A stretch of DNA of 64,000 nucleotides, taken from positions 7,564,001 through 7,628,000 of the forward strand of contig NC_135808.1 in the NCBI RefSeq assembly GCF_964213995.1. Reading direction: 5' to 3'. Positions 45,910 to 59,878 of the stretch are shown in pieces. A model generated the notes under the pieces. That model saw only the letters and a program-made list of their open reading frames with translations, made no database searches and was not told the origin of the DNA. This DNA comes from Mustelus asterias. Lineage: Eukaryota. How positions within the stretch are numbered: position 1 is the first letter of the stretch; each line of letters begins with the position of its first letter. The translations under genes were made by a program, and so were the position numbers.

Positions 45910-46638
45910 CATGAAAATGTGCAAATGATATGTGTGTGTGTTTTTTATGTTTCAGGTTATGTTTTAAAGTTCAGCTTTTTCTACTGCTAGTCAATATGTC
46001 TGGAGTGAATGTAGCTCACATGATGGAAGAGCAGAATGATTACTCATTTCAACATTGCAAGTGATTATGTTAATTTGAGCAAATGGACTTTTGTTTACAT
46101 ATGTTCTCCTGGGATTTCATATTAGAGCGATTGATAGGGTCATGTGATGGCTTGTGTGCAGTCCTGCATCTGCAGCAGAAAAGGAAAGGGACTTTTGCTG
46201 AAAGGATTTGGAGTTTGGTCGTTCTTGTTGATGTTAGGAGAGTTTTGCAGGGTTCTGAAAGCTCTGTATCTCTCTGAAAACTCCAAGGCTGTCCACACTC
46301 ACTATAGCAAGTATATTTGTGATTGCTAACTTAATGTAAAGTGGGTTTTAAGTCTGTAAGAAAATGCTGCCTATTTGGAACTGAAATAGTAACAAGTTCG
46401 AAGTTAGAGTTGTTTCTTTTCATGTTTAAGGATTGTTAACTGTTACGAGTTAAGCTGCTTCATTTTGTAAAACTGTGTTATGAATAAAGCTTGTTTTGAT
46501 AAAAGATTTCTAATTTGTCAGTGGAATTACAACTTGAGCAAAGCATCCTTTCCTCACATTCATTCTAAAATAGAAAAATTGTTGGGGCCTAGACTAGCTT
46601 CACAATACACCTTGCACTTCTGGTCCAGGGCCCTAACA
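45910..46638 (+). mobile_element. Solo-LTR-like repeat
   Basis: AATAAA, ttgttttgataaaag and terminal ..ctggtccagggccctaaCA resembling 17100-17276. Confidence 0.45.
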
Positions 46639-46765
46639 GCGCTCAACCTCTGCAACTTAGAGGTTAGAACTCCAGACAACAGCACAACCCTTGTCAGCTG
46701 ATTTGATAACAATGTCAGGGTTGGAACATTTTTTAAATTCATCCACTGGATGTAGACATCGCTGA

Positions 46766-47599
46766 CTAGAAACTCCAAGGTGTTTTATGAAGTCAGCCTA
46801 GATCATATTTGCACTTTGAAGTTTTGACATGGGTAAGCATAAGATGTTTCACACCAGGTATGATTCAAATGACCTACTAGGGAGCTTTTATCAAACAACG
46901 TTTGTTTAATAATACAGTTAAGACATAGAAAGAAGATTAGCAAGAACTTTCACCAATTATAATCAAGAAAACAAACAGCCACGATATTCTATAAACCTTA
47001 ACAGCTCAATGTACTGTTCCCACCAAACAAACCTTCTTACAAACATATGGCACAGAAAATAAGAATGCTCACGTGGTACTGGATTTTCTAGCTCTGCAAT
47101 ACCTGCTTAGTCCTTTGGATGGATAATTAAAACTCTGACTTCCCAGCCCTGGAACTTCCAGCAGACCTCGAAGGTAGAGATAGAGCCACTGCTTGCCTCG
47201 AGCTAGCAAACCACCAACAGTAAAATCTTCACTCCAGAAAACGAAGAAAGACTGCTTCCAACTAGCCAGCAGTATTTCTCATACCAGGGACAGAGACAAG
47301 CACACTACATCCAGCCTGGAGTCCAAACACCTCCGAACTAGCCAGCAACCAAAATTGAAAGTACGAACTCTTGTGAGAGAGAAAAAGAAACTATTCCACC
47401 TGACCTATCAATCATTCTTCCCCCCAACAATTCAAAAGGGTCATAAAACAAGGGCAGTGCATTAGGCTCAAATTAAACTCTAACAACAATAAAAGGACGT
47501 CAACTCAGACAGATCGGCAACAAGCACAAAAGGCCTTCTTAAAAGAACTGCAGAAAAACATGATTAAACCACATTTCTTAAAGGCACAGTCGCATCACA
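46766..47599 (-). mobile_element. Solo-LTR-like repeat inserted in an L2-like tail
   Basis: Minus strand starts TGTGATGCGACTGTGCCTTTAAGAAATG; its 3' part matches 17150-17260. The L2-like tail continues on both sides. Confidence 0.5.
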
Positions 47600-48822
47600 T
47601 TAAGTGCCCTTGGGAAGGTGATGGTGGGCCACCTTCTTGAACTGCTGAAATGAATGGGAGCTTCAGGATTTCGATGTAGTAACAGTGAAGTATATAGCTC
47701 CAAGCCAGGAGGTTTTGGGGCTTGGAGGGGAACTTGAAGGTGGTGGTGCTTCCATGCCTCTGCTAGCCATGTCCTTTGAGGCTGGAGAGGTCATGGGTTT
47801 GGAAGGTGCTGCCAATGGAACCTTGGCGAGTTACTGCAGGGCATCTCGTAGATGATACACACTGTGCATCAGTGACAGTGGGAGTGGATGTTGAGGGTAA
47901 TTTAGCAGGCTACTTTGTCCTGGATTGTGTTGAGTTCCTTGAGTGCTGTTGGAGATGCACTCGTCCAAGCAAGTGGAGAGTATTCCATCACACGCTCGAC
48001 TTGTGCCTTGCGGATGGTAGATAGGCTTTGCGAAGTCAGAAGGTGAGTTCCCCACTGTAGAATTCCCAGCCTCTGACCTGCTCTTCCAGCCACACTAACA
48101 AACCAGAGCCTGTATCAGCATCTCACCTATCTAGATAAAGAAAAGAAATCCCAGAGAGAGAGGAATACCAGGATTAACCAAAAGATGCCAGACCTGGTCT
48201 AACAGTGTACACTTTTGCAAAAACGATACAAGAAACAGAACAGTCTAACATCATGAGCACCAGGACACTTCTCCCTCAGGGGAGCCCAAACCTCAAGAAG
48301 GAGGACTGTGTGGAAGTCCCTATATAAGACCACTTGGAGGAGGGTGACTTACTCCTCCAACCGCTAATCGTCAACTGAAGAACGACCCTAACAACGTTGA
48401 ATCAAAGCACTCAGACTCACACCCAAGCCCTCCAGCCAACAAGATATTATATCCCCAGGGGAACCAATTCTCAAGAAGGAGAGTAGTCCAGAAGCCACAA
48501 AAAGGGGACGTGTCAGAGGAAGATGACATAATCCCCCACCCAACGTCCCCCCCCCACCCCCCCCCCCAACCCCCGACCCGCATAAACGCAGTTACTATCG
48601 TCCTAACCTATTCAATTGAGCTGAACTCGGATCAATGACACAACGAAATAAGGGCTGACAAGCCAAGAATACTTATCACTCTTATACATAGATCAAAGGA
48701 TATGTGAAGGTGTGCTATAGAACTTTCTCTGTGCATCCCAGAGGTGCCAATTAGGTACTGCCATCGTCGAGATTCCACCCATTTCCTTGAATCAAAGAAA
48801 TCCTAACAAGAGGATGATATGT

Positions 48823-49121
48823 TGTTATGTTGTAGCAATCTAGTGTCGCCAAGAGATTGCAGGCTGCGTTAAGAACAAAAAGTATTTATTGGTAAGTGAA
48901 ATTGGAAGAGAAGGTTTGCAGCTCGAGGCTGCAATGAAGCAGAGCTCCAATTATTATAATGTTAGCACCATGACTGCCAGAAGATTCTCTCCTGAGAGAG
49001 GACTCCACTGTCTGGGGTGATCACTCACCCTCAGTTTCTATTCGTCCCTCAAGTCAAGTGAGACTTCTGATGTACTGTCTTAAAGGACAGACGCCACTAC
49101 ATAACATCCCTCCGCCTTTAA
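48823..49121 (-). mobile_element. 3' LTR of an LTR retrotransposon (Gypsy-like) with polypurine tract
   Basis: 284-bp LTR bounded by inverted TGTTATGT...ACATAACA (48823-49106), immediately preceded on the minus strand by PPT AAAGGCGGAGGGA; internal AATAAA. Confidence 0.7.
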
Positions 49122-50215
49122 CTTTCTTAGACAATCTAACTGCAATTTCTTCGCCACTTGTTGGTAAATGTTTCCTACTGGCTACTTCCACCTTTTTCAT
49201 GGTGCTTTATTTTAGCTTTGATGTAACTGGGCCCCTTCTAATTTAGATCAGGGTCACAAACCATTACCTCATTTTCTATTTGCTGTAGTCTTCGGTGAAG
49301 TCTATACAACTCATTTTTTCTTCACTATTACTTTTTCTTCTTCTGTGGCTTGTCTTACTTTCTGATTGATTGCAGCTTTATCGTTTGCTTGTAGTTTATT
49401 GCTAAAACTTTCAAGGAACTTCCCATTACAGTATTAAAGGATGGGACACAACTGAGTCTTGCTTCGGCTCTTCATTCAGTCATTTAGGGTCTTTCACTGC
49501 CCTCTTTCTGGGGCCCATCGATGCCCTCCTTCTGGAAAGTTTTTCACTGCCTACTCTGACCCTGGCATTGCCTCCCGCTTGAGGGCTTATTACCTCCTCT
49601 GAGCTTCAGCATTGGCTCTTTCTTGAGGTCTGAATTTCCTCCTTGGAGGTTATTGCATTGCTTATAGATTCCCTTTTTAACGTTGATCTCTATCTGGGAT
49701 CTTCTCAGATTTTTCTGTCTCTTGTCCTTCGTTCCTTCCTGTGGTTGTTTCATTATAAGTTGTACACCTTTAAATGCATGACCGCTTTAATTCTGTCTGT
49801 TTTTTGGGCTACCACAGCTGCTGTTTCTTTCTGTTTGTGTCTGTGCTTTTCCCGCGCTTTTGGAGTTTTGGCGGGAACCCGCAGCTCCTTCTGTTGCATC
49901 CTTTTTAAACTATTGGACTTCTCTTTCTCGCTGGTGAAAGAATTCTTCAATGATTTCTGCAGATTTTCTCATTCCTTTTGGCTGGCTGGAGATAAATGTA
50001 CCGTTCTTTTTGTCAATTTCGCTCATTGAGATCAGCGCTGTCCTTTCAGCACCATTATCTTATTATATCGTTAACGTTTTCCTTTTTTTGTAGCTAAAAG
50101 ACTTCTTTTGTTCCAAAACTGCCAACCTTCTCTGCTTGTAGCCCCTTAGTGCAGGGGCTGTCCCCTGCAGGCTCTGAGATCTGCAATCTCGGTTTTTCCA
50201 GCCCAATCTCTCTGA

Positions 50216-50900
50216 CTATTTTTTATTCATTTGTGGGACATGGGCGTCGCTGGCTAGGCCAGCATTTATTGCCCATCCCTTGTTGCCCCTTGAGAAGGTG
50301 GTGGTGAGCTGCCTTTTTGAATCACTGCAGCCCACGTGATGTTGGAATGCCATTAGGGAGGGAATTCCAGGATTTTGACCCAGCGACTGCGAAGGAACGG
50401 CGATATATTTCAAAAATCAGGATGGTGAGTGGCTTGGAGGGGAACTTGCAGGTGGTGGTGTTCCCATGTATCTGCTGGCTTTGGCCTTCTAGATGGAAGT
50501 GGTCGTGAGTTTGGAAGGTGCTGTCTAAGGACCTTTGGTGAATTGCTGCAGTGGATCTTGTAGATAGTACACACTGCTGCTACTGAGCATTGGTGGTGGA
50601 GAGATTGGATGTTTGTGGATGTGGTGCCAATTAAGCGGGGCTGCTTTGCCCTGGATGGTGTCAAGCCTTTTGAGTGTTGTTGGAGTTGCACTCATCCAGG
50701 CAAGTGGGGAGTATTTCATCACACTCCTGATTTGTGCCTTGTCGATGGTGGATAGACTTTGGGGAGTCAGGAGGTAGGTCTGCTGCTGGTGGTGGCCCAC
50801 ATGGATGTGCAGTGTTGTGTTGCTAGATCTGTTTGAAACCTATTCCATTTCACATGGTGGTAATGCCACACAACACGATGAAGATTACCCTCAATGTAAA
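50216..50900 (-). mobile_element. L2/Crack-like LINE 3' fragment
   Basis: LLTPQSLSTIDKAQIRSVMKYSPLAW..SLHHQCSVAAVCTIYKIHCSNSP. Further copies at ~47600-48095, ~43220-43480 and older pieces in 40-3350. Confidence 0.65.
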
Positions 50901-51199
50901 GACTTAGTTCTTTAAGCTGGCCTCTCCTGCCAGTCGGATCTCGCTCAGGATGGCAATGTTACTGCTGAGGGACCAGAGTCCCCAGCTATGATGGCAGTGT
51001 GATGTTCAGGTCTATTGCTCTTGGAACTGCCCATCAGGTCCAGAAGTTTCAGATCCCTAAATTCACTTGGGTGGGTGAGCTCTGGGTGGATGGTGCCTTC
51101 ATATGGAGCAGTGGGGGTGTGGGGAGCCAGAGGAGCAACAGCGGGGGGAGAGGAGCAGCAGCGGGGAGAGAGGGACAGCAGCGGGGGGAGAGGATTTGC

Positions 51200-51833
51200 T
51201 TTTGTTTGATTTGATTTATTATTGTCACATATTAGTATACAGTGAAAAGTATTGTTCCTTGCGCACTATGCCAACAAGGCATACCGTTCATAGAGAAGGA
51301 AAGGAGAGAGTGCAGAATGTAGTATTACAGTCATAGTGAGGGTGTAGAGAAAGATCAACTTAGTGCATGGTAAGTCCATTCAAAAGTCTGACAGCAGCAG
51401 GGAAGAAGCTGTTCTTGAGTCGGTTGGTACGTGACCACAAACTTTTGTATCTTTTTCCCGACAGAAGAAGGTGGAAGAGAGAATGTCCGGGGTGCGTGGG
51501 GTCTTTAATTATGCTGGCTGCTTTGCCGAGGCAGCAGGAAGTGTAGACAGAGTCAATGGATAGGAGGCTGGTTTGTGTGATGAATTGGGCTACATTCATG
51601 AGCTTTTGTAGTTCCTTGCGGTCTTGGGCAGAGCAGGAGCCATACCAAGCTGTGATACAACCAGAAAGAATGCTTTCTATGGTGCATCTGTAAAGGTTGG
51701 TGAGAGTCGTAGCTGACATACCAAATTTTCTTAGTCTTCTGAGAAAGTAGAGGCATTGGTGGGCTTTCTTAATTATAGTGTCGGAATGGGGGGACCAGGA
51801 CAGGTTGTTGGTGATCTGGACCTCCAAAAATCT
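51200..51833 (-). mobile_element. Rex1/Babar-like non-LTR retrotransposon, 3' fragment
   Basis: Close sibling of 39040-39830: YRCTIESILSGCITAWYG...RTNRLKNSFFPAAVRLLN. Confidence 0.85.
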
Positions 51834-52844
51834 GAAGCATCATCGGGGGTGGGGGGGGGGGGGGGAGTTGAGCAGCAGCAGGAGGAGAGGGGCAGCAGCG
51901 GGGGGAGGAGGGGGAGAGAGAGAGGCAGCAGCGGAGGCGAGAGGAGCAGCGTAAGCAGAGGCAGGACTACACGGAACCAGGGAGTAAATAATCTCTTTCC
52001 CCCAGAGCGACGTAGACTCAGCTAGACGTTTCACGATTATGCGACCTTTGTAATCCTTCTTGAAGTCCTCCAGGCTTTGTGGAGTGAACCAATTCAGGTT
52101 AAGCTTCCATATCCTCCCACCAACATTTGGACGCACATATTAGAAGGCGGGATTTTCCGACCACGCTCACCCCAAAACCGTAAAATCTCGCCGGAGGTCA
52201 AGCGACCTTTGCATGGTCCACGCCCCCCAGGAATCGTAGCGGGCGGGACAGGAAAATTCCCCCATTGTCTTTTTCCATCAGGCGTCCAGTCATAGTGTCC
52301 AGCAAGCCATCGGCTGTCCAATCCTATCGACAGAGGTGAACGCCACCACCTACCCGGAGCAGCCTGGACATTGTCAATTCATTCTTAAAAAAGGACTCTG
52401 TTGCTCCACTCAGAATCCGCTGCTGCTCTGACACATCCATTCTTGGCCGGTGTTGTCCTAGAGATAACCCATTGTAGCCTGGAGCACTCACTTCCTGAAA
52501 AGGAAATTAACCCAATGACCAGTCTCGAGTTTCAAACGATGCAACCCCACCCTCTGTTGGGCACTGCAAGTACTACACCAATGGAGAGAAAAGTCACCAG
52601 CGATTTATTGGCCTTGATGCAACAACCTACCATGCGGTACCTTGTCAAAGGCCTTGCTAAAGCCCATGTAGATAACATCAACTGCACTGCTCTCATCTAC
52701 CTTCTTGGTTACCCCTTCAAAAAACTCAATCAAATTCGCAAGACATGAGGGCTGAGGGCTACAATGCATTCATGAAAGGATAGAGTTTGTGTTCACAGTG
52801 GGTGTAATTGTTGCAAAGAGAGCCCTTTCCAAACCTCAGACGTG

Positions 52845-53161
52845 AGGGCGGCACAGTGATTAGCACTGCTGCCTCACAGCGCCAGGGACCCGTGTTCAAA
52901 TCAGCTTTGGGTCACTGTCTGTGTGGAGTTTGCACGTTCTCCCCGTGTCTGCGTGGGTTCCCTCCGGGTGCTCTGGTTTCCTCCCACAGTCCAAAGACTT
53001 GATTGGCCATGCTAAATTGTCCTTTAGTGTTGGGGGATTTGCAGGGTAAATACGGGGCGTTATGGGGTTACGGGGTCGGGCCTGGGTGGGGTTGCTGTTG
53101 GTGCAGGCTTGATGGGCCGAATGGCCTTCTCCTGCACTGTGGGGATCCTTTGATTCTATGA
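52845..53161 (+). mobile_element. HE1-type SINE
   Basis: Consensus match. Confidence 0.85.
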
Positions 53162-53444
53162 AACCGGGAGAGAGAGAGGGGGGGAGGCAAGAGGAAAAGA
53201 GCTTCGCTTGTTGAAGCAATGGTGGCTCCCAAACTCCTACATGGTGGAGAAATTAGTCTTTCTATAACACAGTCTACATTTCACTCTGTGAAAATCCAGC
53301 GCACATGCAAACTGTCACAATGCACATTAAGCGACCTTTTATTTTTAACAATTCCACAAGTAGAGCTCTCAATTTTCCAGGTTCAAATCAGGAGCCAAAG
53401 TCGCTCCTCATATCCATCGATCCTTTCGGGTGACTTTAATCACA

Positions 53445-53878
53445 CAATCCCGGGAATAAAAAGCTTAACATATGAGGAGCGTTTGAGGACTCTGGGTCTG
53501 TACTCAGTGGAGTTTAGAAGGATGAGGGGGAATCTCATTGAAAATTACAGAATACTGAAAGGCCTGGATAGAATGGAGAGACTGGGATCCAAGGGCACAG
53601 CCTCAGAGTAAAGGGACGACCCTTTAGAACTGAGATGGGGAGGAATTTCTTCAGCCAGAGGCTGGTAAATCTGTGGAATTCATTGCCACTGAAGGCCGTG
53701 GAGACCATTGAGTGTATTTAAGACAGAGATAGATAGGTTCTTGATTAGTAAGGGGATCAAAGGTTACGGGGAAAAGGCAGGAAAATGGGGTTGAGAAACT
53801 TAGCAGCTATGACCGAATGGCGGAGCAGACTCAATGGGCCAAATGGCCTAATTCTGCTCCTATATCTTATGGTCTTAT
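53445..53878 (+). mobile_element. CR1/HER1-type 3' fragment
   Basis: IPGIKSLTYEERLRTLGLYSVEFRRMRGNLIE; tail ..cttatggtcttat. Confidence 0.8.
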
Positions 53879-54397
53879 AATCGTGGCTGGCAGATAGAGG
53901 CAAAGAGTCATTTGGGGCTCCAATAGAGTCCATTCAGCCCAATTGGCTCTGTACTGGCTCTCCACAGAGAAATCCAGCCAGTCCCATTCTCCTGCTTGCT
54001 TCCCATCATCCCACAAGTTTGTTCCTTTTGAGTTCCCATCCAGCTTCCTCGGGAAATTGTTGATTGTTTCCTCATCCTCGTGGGCGGTGAGTTCCAGTTT
54101 ATTACCACTCACTCTGTAAGAAAGTGCTTCCTTAATATTTCCCCTATATCTCTTGCCCAGTTCCTTAATTCCCAGCCACCACTCCCTCTGCTCTCTTCCA
54201 TAGTCCTTGTACCATCGGCTAGTGGGAATAGTTTTTCCTTGACTACTCATCCAAACCTGCCGTAATCTTGTACACATCTGCCAAACCTCCCCTCAATCTC
54301 CAATGTTCCAAGGAGAACAACCTAGCCTTGCACATAAATTCCCATCCTTAGAATCGTTCCTGTAAATCTCCTCTCCACCCTCAACAGGCCCCACAGG

Positions 54398-55030
54398 TCG
54401 CACAATGGTTAGCACTGCTGCCTCACAGCACCAGGGACCCGGGTTCGATTCCCGGCTTGGGTCACTGTCTGTGTGGAGTTTGCACATTCTCCCCATGTCT
54501 CCAGGTGCTCCGGTTTCCTCCCACACTCCAAAGATGTGCCGGTTAAGTGGTTTGGCATGGTAAATTACCCCTTGGTGTCCCAAGATTTGTAGTTTAGGAG
54601 GATTGGGCGGCACGGTGGTACAGTGGTTAGCACTGTTGCCTCACACCACCAGGAACCCAGGTTCAATTCCAGCCTCAGGTCACTGTCTGTGTGGAGTCTG
54701 CGCGTTCTCCCCATGTCTGGGTGGGTTTCTTCCGGGTGCTCTGGTTTCCTCCCACAGTCCAAAGATGTGTGGGTTAGGTTGATTGGCCATGCTAAATTGA
54801 CTAGTGTCAGGGGGATTAACAGGGTAAATATGTGGGGATATGGGAATAGGGCCTGAGTGTGATTGTGGTCGGTACAGACTTGATGGGCTGAATGGCCTCT
54901 TTCTGTGCTGTAGGGATTCTATGATCATTTCATTCTGTGATTAGCGCAGTAAATATGGGGTGATGCGGATAGGGCCTGGGTAAATGTGCTCTGCCGGAGA
55001 GTCGGTGCAGACTCAATGGGCCATTTGGTT
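54398..55030 (+). mobile_element. Nested HE1-type SINEs (54605-54925 inside an older copy)
   Basis: The outer copy's tail resumes after the inner copy (gattagcgcagtaaat..). Confidence 0.75.
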
Positions 55031-55867
55031 CCTTCTGTAGGAATTCTATGAACCAGCCTTTCAAGTGGTACTTTGTTGAAAGCTCTCTAAAAATCCATAT
55101 AGAAGAAGATCCACCCCATTCCTTTCATTAACCTTCTCTGTTACTTCACCTAAAACTTCAATTAGATTAGTGAAGCATAGTCTATCTTTTACAAATCCTT
55201 GCTGGCTCTCCTTAATTAACTCAAACCTCTCTAAGTGCTTGTTGATTTGTTCCTCTTGAATATTGTTTCTAAAACTTTACCCCCTGTTGATGTTTAACTG
55301 ACCGATCTGCAGCTGCCAGGACTGGTGTTACACTCTTTCTTGACTAATGGTGTCACATTTGCCACCCTCCAACCCTCTGGCACCCTTTTTCTTTATTCAT
55401 TCATGGGACATGGGCATCACTCACTGGGCCAGCATTTGATGCCCATCCTTAATTGCCCTTGAATTGAGTGGCTTGCTAGGCCATTTCGGATGGCAGCTGA
55501 GAGTGTCAACCGCATTGCTGCGGCTCTCGAGTCATATGTAGGCCAGACCAGGTAAAGGCGGTAGATTTCCTTCCCTAAATGGACATTAGTGAACAAGATG
55601 GGTTTTTCCTTCAATCGACAATGCTTTCATAGTCATTAGTAGATTCTTAGTCCCAGATATTTTTTACTGAACCCCCCCTCTTACAACATTGCAATCTCTA
55701 CCATTCCCTATGTCATGATTGGCTGTTCTCTACCCACCAGCTGGGGGTCAGGGGGTCACGGTCATCTCCAGCCTCAGCATAGCTGCAGCTTGAACAGCCA
55801 GTAACCCCCCCCCCCCGCCCCCCACAAAGTTAGGGCAGAGTTCTGCCTGCACTTCTTAAAGGGACCA

Positions 55868-56178
55868 AAACTAGGGAGTCATCATTTGAGGATAAGGGGT
55901 AAAGATTTTAGGACTCAGGTGAGGAAAAGTTTCTTCACCCAGAGGGTGGTGAATGTATGGAATTCACTATCACAGAAAGTAGTTGAGGCCAAAATGTTGT
56001 GTGATTTCGAGAAGGAATTAGATGTAACTCCTGGGGCTAAAGGGATCAAGGGATATGGGGGGAAGGGGGGAATCAGGATATTGAATTTAATGAACAGCCA
56101 TGATCAAAATGAATGGTGGAGCAGGCTCGAAGGGCCAAATAGCCTACTCCTGCTTCTATTTTCTACGTTTCTATGACT
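55868..56178 (+). mobile_element. CR1 3' fragment
   Basis: RKSFFTQRVVNVWNSL; the same 3' UTR occurs at ~14925-15235 and ~20745-20925 (minus strand). Confidence 0.75.
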
Positions 56179-56728
56179 ATGCTCCAGAACAGTAACAAAT
56201 TCTTAAAGGGACCACGTATCAATAGAACTGTCCCAACTTCTTAAAAGGACTCTAAACCATCAGGACTGTCCAACTAGTTAAAGGGGCCCTTACATTGAGT
56301 CCTTTAACAAGAGTTTGAACAAGGATGGGAAAAAAATGAACAACAATGCTTCCAACATTCTTTTATTCCGCAACTGTCCAGTCTCATTTTCTAGTAACTG
56401 ACGAGCTTAGACAGGAAATTACTGGATAGGGATTTGCAGAGGTGATCAGATACGGATAGTGGGATCCTCCGGCCGCGCTCACCTGAAAACCAGAGATTCC
56501 CGCCCGACTTCAATGGACCTTTTCATGGTCTGCCTCCTGCCCGCCAGAATTCCAGTGGTGGGCGGGATGGGAGGATTCCAGCCATGGAAATCTCTCCCAT
56601 ATGAATATAATTTGCGTTTCAACACATCAGAAAGAAATATCAGCACCGATTGAGACCTCAGGATGTTCCAAAGAGCTTCAAAGCGAATGAAATGACTGCT
56701 GTAATGCAAAACACGGTAGTCAATTTAT

Positions 56729-57057
56729 AGAATCATAAATCATAGAATCCTACAGTGCAGAAGGAGGCCATTCAGGCCATCGAGTCTGCACCAACCACAA
56801 TCCCACTCAAGACCCGATGCCCATTGCATTTACCCTAGCTAGTCCCCCTGACACTAAGGGGCAATTTAGCATGGCCAATCCACCTGACCTACACATCTTT
56901 GGAATGTGGGAGGAAACAGGAGCATCCGGAGGAAACCCACGCAGACACGAGCAGAGTGTGCAGACTCCACACATACAGTCACCCAAGCCAGGGATCGAAC
57001 CCAGATCCCTGGCACTGTGAGGCAGCAGTGCTGACCACTGTGCCACCATGCCGTGCC
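56729..57057 (-). mobile_element. HE1-type SINE
   Basis: Consensus match. Confidence 0.85.
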
Positions 57058-57109
57058 AGCGAGCTCCCATAAACAGGTCATGACCAGATCATCAGCTTTT
57101 ATTCATGTT

Positions 57110-58330
57110 GATCCAGGGCTGCTTCCACCACCTTCTCTGGCATTGCGTTCCAGACACCCATCACTCTCTGCATGAAAAACGTCCCCCGCACATCTCCCTT
57201 AAACTTTCCCCCTCTCACCTTGAATTTGTGCCCCCTTGTTGCCGTTTTTAGGGAACGGTGGACCTGCACGTCCCGGTCCCTCTGTATGTTAATCTTCCTA
57301 AGGGTTCTGCCATTTACAGTATAATTCACACCTAAATTTGATCCTCCAAAATTCATTACCTCACATTTGTCCAGATTAAACTCCATCTGCCATTTCTGTG
57401 CCAAAGTCTCCAATCTATCTATATCCTGTTGTATCCTCTGTCAATCCTCAGCACGATCAGCAACTCCACCAATCTTTGTGTCATTGCAAACTTACGAATC
57501 AGACCACCCACATTACCCGCCAAATCATTTATATACACTACAAATAACAGAGGTCCCAGCACTGATCCTTGCGGAACACCGCTAACTACAGATCTCTATT
57601 CTGAAAAACATCCTTCCACCACTACTCTCTTCTTCTATAACCAAACCAGTTCTGTATCCATCCAGTCAGCCCACCCGGAACCCCATATGATTTTAGCTTT
57701 TGTACCAATCTGCCATGTGCGACCTTGTCAAATGCCTTATAACATCCATATAAACTACATCCACAGCCCTTCCCTCATGAATCATCTTTGTCACCTCTTC
57801 AAAAAACTCAATCAAGTTAGTGAGACATGACCTTCCTCGTACAAAACCATGCGACCTGTCACTAACTAGTCAATTTTCTTCCAAATGTACATATATCCTG
57901 TCCCTCAGTATCTTCTCTAATAGTTTCCCCACCACTGACGTCAGGCTCACCGGCCTATAATTTGCTGGATTATTCTTTCCTCCTTTCTGAAAGAAGAGAA
58001 CAACATTGGCTATTCTCCAGTCCTCTGGAACCTCGCCTGTGGTCAAGGAGGATGACCATAGGCGAGGATCAAAAAGAGGATCTAAAGATATCTGTTAAGG
58101 TCCCAGCTACTTCTCCCCTTGCCTCCCACAGTAACCTGGGATAGATTCCATCCAGCCCCGGGGACTTGTCTACCTTAATGCAATTTCAGATGCTCGACAC
58201 TTCCTCCTTCGATATATAGAAATTAGAGCGTTCACACGTCAATCCCTCACTGCAACATCCGTCAAGTCCTTCTCCTTGGTGAATACCAATACAGAGTATT
58301 CATTAAGGATTTCACCCACTTCCTCTTGCT
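57110..58330 (-). mobile_element. Degenerate CR1 ORF2 fragment with internal deletion
   Basis: QKWQMEFNLDKCEVM fused directly to TRGHKFKV; upstream RT remnants to ~58330. Confidence 0.8.
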
Positions 58331-58517
58331 CCTAATATCTGCATAAAAATGGTATTGAAGCTACTGTACATAGTTCAAATTATAAAGTTAAAGACATTAT
58401 GACAATGGGCATGTGGAAGATTTTAATCACACTGTTCATGTATCACATCATTTAATGTTTTAAATGAAATATCAATTATGTTTAATTTATTTTAAAATAT
58501 TGATCTTGGACTATTAG

Positions 58518-58832
58518 GCGGGCAGCACGGTGGCACAGTGATTAGTACTGCTGTCTCACAGCGCCAGGAAGGCAGGATTCCGGACTTGGGTGACTGTCCG
58601 TGCAGACTCTGCATGTTCTCCCCGTGTCGGAATGGGTTCCCTCCGGGTGCTCCGGTTTCCTCCCACAGTCCAACGATGCGTGGGTTAGCTGGATTGGCCA
58701 TGCTAAATTGCCCCTTAATGTCAAGGATTGAGCAAGGTAATTATGTGGGGATCGAGCCTGGGTGGAACTGTTGTCGGTGCAGACTCGATGGGCCGAATGG
58801 CCTCCTTCTGCACTGTCGGGACTCTAATATCT
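58518..58832 (+). mobile_element. HE1-type SINE
   Basis: Consensus match. Confidence 0.85.
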
Positions 58833-58980
58833 AAGAACAGGTGAAGTTCCAGAGGGAGGATCAGGACATTAAAAATTAGGGCAATGCCCAACTAGGCGCC
58901 AGTGTAGGTCAGTGAGCAGAGCAGGGCAGTGGTAGATGGGACATGGAGAAAGGTAGCAGAAGAGATTTAGATGGGTCGGA

Positions 58981-59878
58981 ATGGACAGTGAGGAAGGTTA
59001 TCTCCAATTGCAGCGGGATCTTGATCAATTGGGCCAGTGGGCTGACAAATGGCAGATGGAGTTTAATTTAGACAAATGCGATGTAATGCATTTTGGTAGA
59101 TTGAACCAGGGCAGGACTTACTCAGTTAATGGTAGGGTGTTGGGGAGAGTTACAGAACAAAGAGGTCGAGGGGTACATGTTCATAGCTTCTTGAAAGTGG
59201 AGTCACAGGTGAAACTAGTGGTGAAGAAGGCATTCGGCATGCTTGGTTTCATCGGTCAGAACATTGAATACAGAAGTTTGGTCGTCTTGTTGAAGTTGTA
59301 CAAGACATAAGTAAGGCCACACTTGGAATACTGTGTGCAATTCTGGTCACCCTATTATAGAAAGGATATTATTAAACTAAAGAGTGCAGGATGCTACCAG
59401 GACTTGATGGATTGTGTTATAAGGAGAGGCTGAATAGACTGGGACATTTTTCTCTGGAGCGTAGGAGGCTGAGGGGTGACCTTATAGAGGTCTATAAAAT
59501 AATGAGGGGCATAGACAAGGTAGATAGTCAATATCTTTTCCCAAAGGTAGGGGAGTCTAAAACCCAGAGGGCATAGGTTTAAGGTGAGAGGGGAGAGATA
59601 CAAAAGTGTCCAGAGGGGCAATTTTTTCAACCAGAGGATGGTGAGCGTCTGGAACAAGCTGCCAGAGGTAGTAGTAGAGGTGGGTACAATTTTATCTTTT
59701 AAAAAGCATTTAGATAGTTACATGGGTACGATGGGTATAGAGGGATATGGGCCAAATGCAGGCAATTGGGATTAGCTTAGGGGTTTTTTAAAAATATAAG
59801 GGCGGCATGGACAGGTTGGGCTGGAGGGCCTGTTTCCATGCTGTAAACCTCTATGACTCTATGATTCTATGATTCTAT
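58981..59878 (+). mobile_element. CR1 3' fragment just downstream of the AIF1 stop codon
   Basis: LQRDLDQLGQWADKWQMEFN...LERRRLRGDLIEVYKIM; (CTATGA/T)n tail at ~59850-59878. Confidence 0.9.
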
